A DNA stretch of 63,140 nucleotides, counting the filler, from Craspedostauros australis (lineage: Eukaryota): assembly GCA_030167865.1 (NCBI GenBank). It is 11 parts of 11 records of this genome, joined end to end, with 100 filler letters (N's around TTAATTAATTAA, not from the genome) between each part and the next. Parts side by side here need not be neighbours in the genome. Positions count along the whole stretch, not along the records: positions 56,627 to 58,211 come from JALAGF010002432.1; positions 58,312 to 59,485 come from JALAGF010002434.1; positions 59,586 to 61,023 come from JALAGF010002435.1; positions 61,124 to 63,140 come from JALAGF010002436.1; 7 more parts are not named here. One strand, 5' to 3'. Below, one piece after another: positions 56,627 through 63,140 of this stretch (position 1 is the first letter of the stretch; the number at the start of each line of letters is the position of its first letter). Position numbers and translations under genes: made by a program. Below the pieces are notes generated by a model. That model saw only the letters and a program-made list of their open reading frames with translations. It was not told where the DNA came from and made no database searches.

Positions 56627-58211
56627 GTCACGCTTGCTTGGTTTGGTTGGTGGAGGTCTCGATTGTGTATCATGCGTAGATCTTGCTGGTGTGTTCGGAG
56701 GAGTGACACCTGTGTCATCGTCGGCTTCGTCGCCGGATGGTGGGATATCGTCATCCTCATGGTTGGACTCGCTCCGATCTTCATCGTCGTTATGAATTAG
56801 TTGAGTTACTGCTCCATCATCTTCATCATCCTCATCATCGCTGTCTGATAGGATGTGATATTTGTTCGTGTCAGCGAAAGATACTCTCTTTGCTTCTGAT
56901 GCTTGACGCGTTGCCGTCTTTGGCATTGCTCCCTTCCGTCCAATAGTTGTGAAGCCGTCTGCGTCCGTTGTTCCTGTTTCAATGGATATGTTCGGCGCTG
57001 GAGCCCAGCCGCAAAACTGTCCGTATGATTGGTTGAGCCACTTGATGTCGCAAGAACAGACCAGTGATTTGGTTGATGGTCTGTACATGTTGTAGACCCC
57101 TGATGCGTGTTGGTGTGCATATCCAATGAACACCCTCTCTTCTCCTCTGTTCTTGAGTTTGGCAGTGATCCCGCCATAGGTAGTCTTCACAACACCCACC
57201 TCTCCAAATGTGCGAAGTGCATCCGCATATGGTGGATCGTTGCCAAAGAATTGGCAATGTGGTGACTCCTTCTGGTTCTTCGCTACGGTGATGTTGGCGA
57301 TGGCGGTGGCAGTGCTNGCAGCTGCTGCCCACAGGCCATGCCTATACTCTTTGTTGAGCTGTGCTCCGTTGAGCATGGAGCGGATCTTGGTGTAGAGGTA
57401 CGCGAACTTGCGTTCCACTCTACTGTCCTGTTGCGGCGTGTTCGATGCCATGAACTCGAATTTCACGTTGAGTCCTGCATCGATGAGAATATCCTCCGTG
57501 GATTTGTTCTCTCCGCTGTTGTCACCTCAGAAGATGATCTGTTGGTCACCTGTCAGTGATTTGATCGTTTGCACAAATTGTTTGATGTATCCTGGTTGGT
57601 CACTCTTGTTCTTGAGAAAGAAACTCCAGCAGTGATCCGTGCAGTCGTCCACGATCAGGGTCCAGTAGCGTTTTTCTCCAAAGCCTATGTGTTTAGTGTA
57701 ACTAATGTCAATGAAGAGGCGTTCGCCACGGCGAGTTGCTCTTGGAATTGTCGCCTTCGAGATGTTCTTCACTCTAGCGTTCGCAACCACACAGTCGCGA
57801 CATACCGGCATCTCGCCAATGATCTTCCATCCGTACTGAGCGGCCGTCCGCTTTATGGTCTCGAGTGGCGCGTGGCCAAGCATTCGATGCAATTCCACCG
57901 CGCTCACCTCTTTGGATGGGCTCTTGACGATGGCTGTGCAAGCCTTATCGTCCTCAGTTGGCATGATGGGATGCATCTGCACTCCTGTGATGAATCTGTT
58001 GGAGGTGGGAAAGATCCAATCGAAGATGATCTTCTTCCCTGCTTTGTTGATGATGTCCATCAGAATGCCGTCGTTACCAATCTGGTAACCGTTGTACAGA
58101 GCCTTGTTCATAGAGAAAAGGTTCACCGTCATCTTGGGTGTGTACTTCACATCATCGAGCCAGATGGTGTGGCCAGTGTTGTCTTGTTGCTTGATCTGCA
58201 GTTTGATGGAG
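56627..58211 (-). mobile_element. Ty1/copia retrotransposon fragment (end of protease, HHCC pre-integrase, integrase core) inactivated by an in-frame TGA at 57527-57529
   Basis: DVKYTPKMTVNLFS, LHRMLGH...CRDC, LFIDIS, IVDDCT, F*GDNSGEN, TPQQDSRVERKF, LWAAA, LRTFG and FIGY. Both track ORFs are in one frame. Confidence 0.9.
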
Positions 58212-58311
58212 NNNNNNNNNNNNNNNNNNNNNNNNNNNNNNNNNNNNNNNNNNNNTTAATTAATTAANNNNNNNNNNNNNNNNNNNNNNNNNNNNNNNNN
58301 NNNNNNNNNNN

Positions 58312-59485
58312 TGTTGTGCAGGCACGATCTCTGTGTGGGTGCTGTTTGTGTTCGTCGGTGGTTGGGTGATTGTTGTGTTCGTTGCGTTTTTGTTGATTGT
58401 GGTTTCCGGGGTACTAGCGTTCGCGGTCTTCGGTTTCGTGCGCTGGTACGAAGCTGACATGAACTGCTTCACTCGCATTGGGTTCACATGTACCCGTGCA
58501 TACCAGTCAGTCTTCATTTTGGTCGTCTCCATGCACCGCCTGTATGCCTCGTACTCGGTTGGTCTGTTCTTCGGGTCCGCGCGTGCCACTCTGCACACCT
58601 CCTCCAATACTTCCACCAGGTATGGACGAATGGGCTCGTTGCGTCGTAGGGCTTTCGCAGCCCAACCAGGTTCAGCCAATCGCGGGTGTTCTGTTGCTGC
58701 TGTGGTGTCCTGCAGCACAGTACTTACGTCAGGTGTCTCCAAGGCTGCCATGTTGATTGCTTCAAGGTATGTCAGCGCCTTGCTTTCGGTGGCACTCTTC
58801 GCGAACCTGAGAGTCTTTTTCTGCTTCTGCGGTGATATTGCTGTGAGTGGTTGTTGCATCGATTGGTGTTCGTTGATGATGGGAGCCTCAGAATTCATGA
58901 CATTATTGTCTTCCCATTCAGCTTCCTCCACACGCACTGGATCAGTGACATTTGAAGCCGCAAGCAAGTCTGCATAGCCGTTTCTGTGTTGCACCTCGTG
59001 CGTTGATCGTACATTCATGCCCTTCGCGCGGAACCTGATGCGTAGATTTGTCTTGTGCGTCACACAGCGACCTTTCAAACCCGATGCGTCAACCAAGACA
59101 GTGGTAGTACCTCTGATATTTCCCATTCGCATCGCGTCGAAAATTTCGTGTTCGGTTTGAATCTTGCCACCACTTTGCACGTAAGATCGTAGTACGATAG
59201 TGATGTAAGCGAAATGAGTGTCGATTCGCCCTTTGCCCGTTTGGGCTTCTGTGTAGATCCAGATGACAAATTGGGGAAGTCCGTTGCGTGACGCGTTCTT
59301 GTTGATCCGCGATGAGACGAGCGCGATGTGCTCGTGGCTGGCGAAGCAGCCCGCGTTGTCTGACTGCAGGATGATTTCTGTCACCGATGGTAGGAGATCG
59401 TGTACCTTCTTCTGGATGACTTTGAGAAGCCCACCAACTTGAAGCGTGTCTTGGGTTGGCCGGCCATGAACAATTATATCAACAA
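58312..59485 (-). mobile_element. DDD/E DNA-transposase fragment, Sola3-like
   Basis: Frame open across the contig: QDTLQVGGLL...IILQSDNAGCF...YTEAQTGKGRIDTHF...YVQSGGKIQT...PGWA. Motif order matches my recollection of Sola3 transposases. Confidence 0.6.
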
Positions 59486-59585
59486 NNNNNNNNNNNNNNN
59501 NNNNNNNNNNNNNNNNNNNNNNNNNNNNNTTAATTAATTAANNNNNNNNNNNNNNNNNNNNNNNNNNNNNNNNNNNNNNNNNNNN

Positions 59586-61023
59586 CGGAGAAGACGACAT
59601 CGACCCCAACTGGCATGACATCATCCGTTTCGAAAGCGATAACTACGCCGAAGACCACGATGAAGAAATCGACGGACCTCTGCCTGACGGAGATCCCGAA
59701 TTCATGACCGACAAAGAACGAGAAGAATGGAATCGCCAGCATCGCCCTGAACCACGCATGCCTCCGCTCATTCATCCGCCAGCAACAATCATCGGAAATG
59801 ACGATGACGGATTCGTCCCTCGCACATCACCCGATACAAGCATCCATGATCTACCGCCTGGCACCGAAGTGGACAGCGGCGACGACGACGACAACGCCGG
59901 CATACCACCACCAGATCCTTCCCTTGATGATGACAACAACACCGGCATGCCACAGCCAGAGCCACCAACGGTCGAAGACAACTCTCCAGTCAGACGATCT
60001 CGATCCGGACGACGCATTCGCAGACCCGCTCGCTACCGCCAGAACGAAGCAATCTCTCGCAACACCGTCTTTCATCGCATTCATACTCTCTGCCGCGGGC
60101 GCGGACCTCGACCACAGACGTCACCACTCTTCTTCCAAAACCTCAATTGGGACATCAACAACAACTTCGACATCCCAAGCCGCTACCAGATCCTACTGGA
60201 AGCGTCTACCAGTCCGACTCTCAATGAAATCTACGATATGGACCCTCTTATTCTCCAAGCCAAAGCGCACGACGACGATCATCCATCCCTTGCCGACGTC
60301 CTGAACTGCCCTGACCTAAACGAACGAGTCACATGGCGAAAAGCAATGAACGCTGAAATCGAACAGCTTCTCGACAAGAAGACATTCCGCGTGGTTCCTC
60401 GGTCAATGGCAATCAACCACAAAATCATCCCTTCAACCTGGGTCTTTCGTCGCAAGAGATTCCCAGATGGATCCATTATGAAGCTCAAAGCTCGTCTCTG
60501 CGTACGAGGAGACCAACAGCAACAAACAGGGCGAGACAGAAACGAAACGTTTGCTCCCGTTGTTGAATGGAGTTCCATACGTCTGATATTCGCACTGATG
60601 ATCGAACATGGACTGTACACTCAATCAATTGATTTCAAAAACGCATTTGTTCAATCTCATCTGCCTGCTCCCATCTACATGCTTCCTCCTCCTGGACCGA
60701 TTCCTATCAACAATCCAAACATTCCAGAGAAGGACCGCCCGATCCTACAAGTCAACAAGAGTCTTTATGGCGACCGAAGAGCACCACGCCTGTGGTACGA
60801 ACATCTTCGCGACGCCCTCATCAGCAACAAATTTGGATTCAGAATGGCCGAGCAAGATCCCTGTCTGTTCCTCAAGAGCAACATCATCATTTGCGTCTAC
60901 GTGGATGATGCAATCCTCTGTGGCACAACGATGGAAATCGTTCAATCGACTATCCAACAGCTGCATCAAGAAGGTTTTGACCTCACATGCGAAGGAGATC
61001 TCTCTGCATACCTCGGTATAAAG
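59586..61023 (+). mobile_element. Ty1/copia polyprotein fragment (linker plus RVT_2 reverse transcriptase), frame uninterrupted
   Basis: WRKAMNAEI, STWVFRRKR, LKARLCVRGDQQ, TFAPVV, DFKNAF, KSLYG, DPCLF and YVDD. Confidence 0.93.
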
Positions 61024-61123
61024 NNNNNNNNNNNNNNNNNNNNNNNNNNNNNNNNNNNNNNNNNNNNTTAATTAATTAANNNNNNNNNNNNNNNNNNNNN
61101 NNNNNNNNNNNNNNNNNNNNNNN

Positions 61124-63140
61124 AAGGACATCGTCATCGTCAACGGTGTCAACTACTATCCCCAAGACATCGAACACGCCGTCGAGGAGGCATCGTCCGC
61201 TGTCCGTCCAGGTTGCGTGGCCGCCTTCTCGTCCAACGATTCGGGCGACGATGGACAGCTGGAGATCGTCTTCGAGATCCGAGCTAGCCACGCGAAGGAT
61301 GCCGAGACGGTCTGCCAACAGGTCAGGAGGAACGTCATTTCACAGATCGGATTGACACCGGCAACAGTCGCAGCCGTGGAAGAGCGATCCATCTCCAAAA
61401 CGACGAGCGGAAAGATCCAGAGACGCCAAAATCGCCAGCGCCTCCATGAAGGAACGCAGAAGATGGTGCTGGATGTCATCGGAAAATCGAACTTCTTCAG
61501 TTCGCACGGCAGCAATCTTGCAAGTCAATCCAAGCGATTCTCGATGAGAAAGTCCATCATCGAGAACGTCAACATCGAAGAGATGGACTTCTATGACCTT
61601 GTGGAGAGCTGTACAGGAACTGAAGTCAACCCCGACGATGAGTGGAAGGATGTTGGATTGTCCTCCATGATGGAGCTGGAGCTCCGCCAGTCCCTTTCTG
61701 AGCGATACAACACGACCCTTCCCGCAAATATCATCCAGCTCTTTCCGAGAGTGATGGATCTCAAGACTTTCCTCGAGGCATCAAAGGGGGAGCCCCTACC
61801 AACCAACCTCCCAACCCTCAAGAGGATCCTCTCCATCCCGAATGAGAAGTTTCTGTCCCAATCGACAGTCGCTATCATCCAGGCCATCGGTGTGCTCGTC
61901 GCAGTCCTCATCTTCTCGCTCCCCATCGTCCCAGCGTACGAAGTTGGAAAATCCATCGCTGGCTCCGACGTCCTCTCCGGTCATGAATGGGTGCTGTTAC
62001 CATTGATCGTTCCAGTCTGGGCTATTGCGCTCACCTTCATGGTCATCCTCTCGAAGTGGATTGTCATTGGCAAATACACAGAAGGGTACGTCAATCAGAC
62101 CAACATCTATTTCATCAGATGGTGGTTCGTGGACAGGCTCGTGCATCTTTGGGAAAACTTCGTCGGACGCTTCATCGTGGGCACGCCTTTGATGACGTTG
62201 TTCTGCTACTTGATGGGCGCTGATGTTCATCGGTCTTGCAACATTTCCTCCTTCATTCGGGAGTTCGATCTGGCGAAGGTCGATGCCAATGCCTTGGTGT
62301 GCAAGCCAATCCGCTGTCGAATGTTCGGACCATGGAAAGATGAAGAAGGTCCCAGCTTGCGGTTCCGCAAGATCCAGGTGGGACCGAATGCCATGATCAT
62401 GGGAATTCTCAGCCCAGGCGTCAAGGTCGGTTCCAATTGCCATGTGCAGCACATTTCTGTGCTGGCTGAGGGCGCCCAAGCACCATCCAGCACTGTCATC
62501 AGAGGCAATCCTGGATATATCAAAAGCACAACATTTGCAACAGCAAAAGCGACATCGTCACAAAACAGCAACAGCGTCAGTGTTGACCGCGGTGATAGCG
62601 ACAGCTACCGTAACGGCGACGATCCGCAACAAGCAGTTGCAAGTACAGAGATCGACATAGACGAAAGCGCAATGTCAAGAAACGATGCCAGATGGATCAT
62701 CCTGGGTGGTATGAAGATGACATGGCTGCTTGTCGAGATATACATAACCTTCTGCTGCTTCCTGATTTCTAATATCTTGGTCCGAGATCATCTTCCAGAC
62801 TGGAGATATTCCAAACTGCAATATTGGATTATATCCATCGGTCTAACATCAGTACTGCTGATGATATCCAGCATCATGCTCAAGTGGGTGATGATCGGCA
62901 AGAAAAGGCCAGGCAAAGCGAGGGCGGGCATCTTGAGTGAATTCACTGATTGGGCATGCGACTACCACTTCAACCTGGCATGTCTGATGCTCGACGGACC
63001 GACGCACAATTCGATCATCTGGACTCTGGTCCAAATGGCTCATGGACTGGACATCGATCTGCGATCAAAAGTCTTCTGCGACAGCTTCCACCCATCGAAA
63101 GTCGACCTCATCACCATTCGACGATCCTTCGTTTCCAAGG
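61124..63140 (+). CDS. Partial NRPS-like multidomain protein: FAAL-type adenylation C-subdomain, carrier protein (ACP/PCP), and Pls/PosA-like TM plus left-handed beta-helix repeats
   Basis: Hand translation gives 672 open codons with both ends truncated. Motifs KDIVIVNGVNYYPQDIE...VRPGCVAAFS...SKTTSGKIQRR; DVGLSSMMELELRQSL; KWIVIGKYTEG...YFIRWWFVDRL...GTPLMTLFCYLMGADV; beta-helix-like IQVGPNAMI...PGVKVGSNCHV...RGNP; second repeat LKWVMIGKKRPG. Confidence 0.85.

Noticed and set aside
47887..63140. Apparent cluster of LINE, copia, Sola and NRPS-like gene as one island
   Set aside because: Each lies on a separate contig joined by linkers; adjacency has no biological meaning.

Overview
Eukaryotic nuclear DNA, most likely from a pennate diatom. 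Evidence: GT-AG introns, bipartite plastid and periplastid presequences, and diatom-type transposons. The window is not contiguous. It joins 11 assembly pieces with ten artificial 100-nt linkers (N44-TTAATTAATTAA-N44) and has one 108-N gap at 821-928, so neighbours across a linker are not physically linked. Scaffold 929-20155 is gene-rich: FAD monooxygenase, Lsm10-like Sm protein, GEN1-like nuclease, a signal-peptide orphan, an SH3-like membrane protein, a cupin, a plastid MoeB/ThiF-rhodanese and a tandem-NUMOD1 protein. Scaffold 28940-47786 is also gene-rich: lumenal PGM-like protein, NVL/Rix7, fascin-like protein, periplastid proteasome alpha subunit, acyl-CoA synthetase, PDK-like kinase and a membrane metzincin with ubiquitin-binding-like repeats. 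The small contigs are mostly transposon fragments: PIF/Harbinger, an Ambal-like LINE, two Ty1/copia pieces and a Sola3-like transposase. The best candidate for an undescribed system is an open frame missing from the ORF track (61124-63140, +). It encodes an FAAL-type adenylation C-terminus, a carrier protein and Pls (epsilon-poly-L-lysine synthetase)-like membrane/beta-helix repeats. All family assignments come from recognising motifs by eye, not from database searches.
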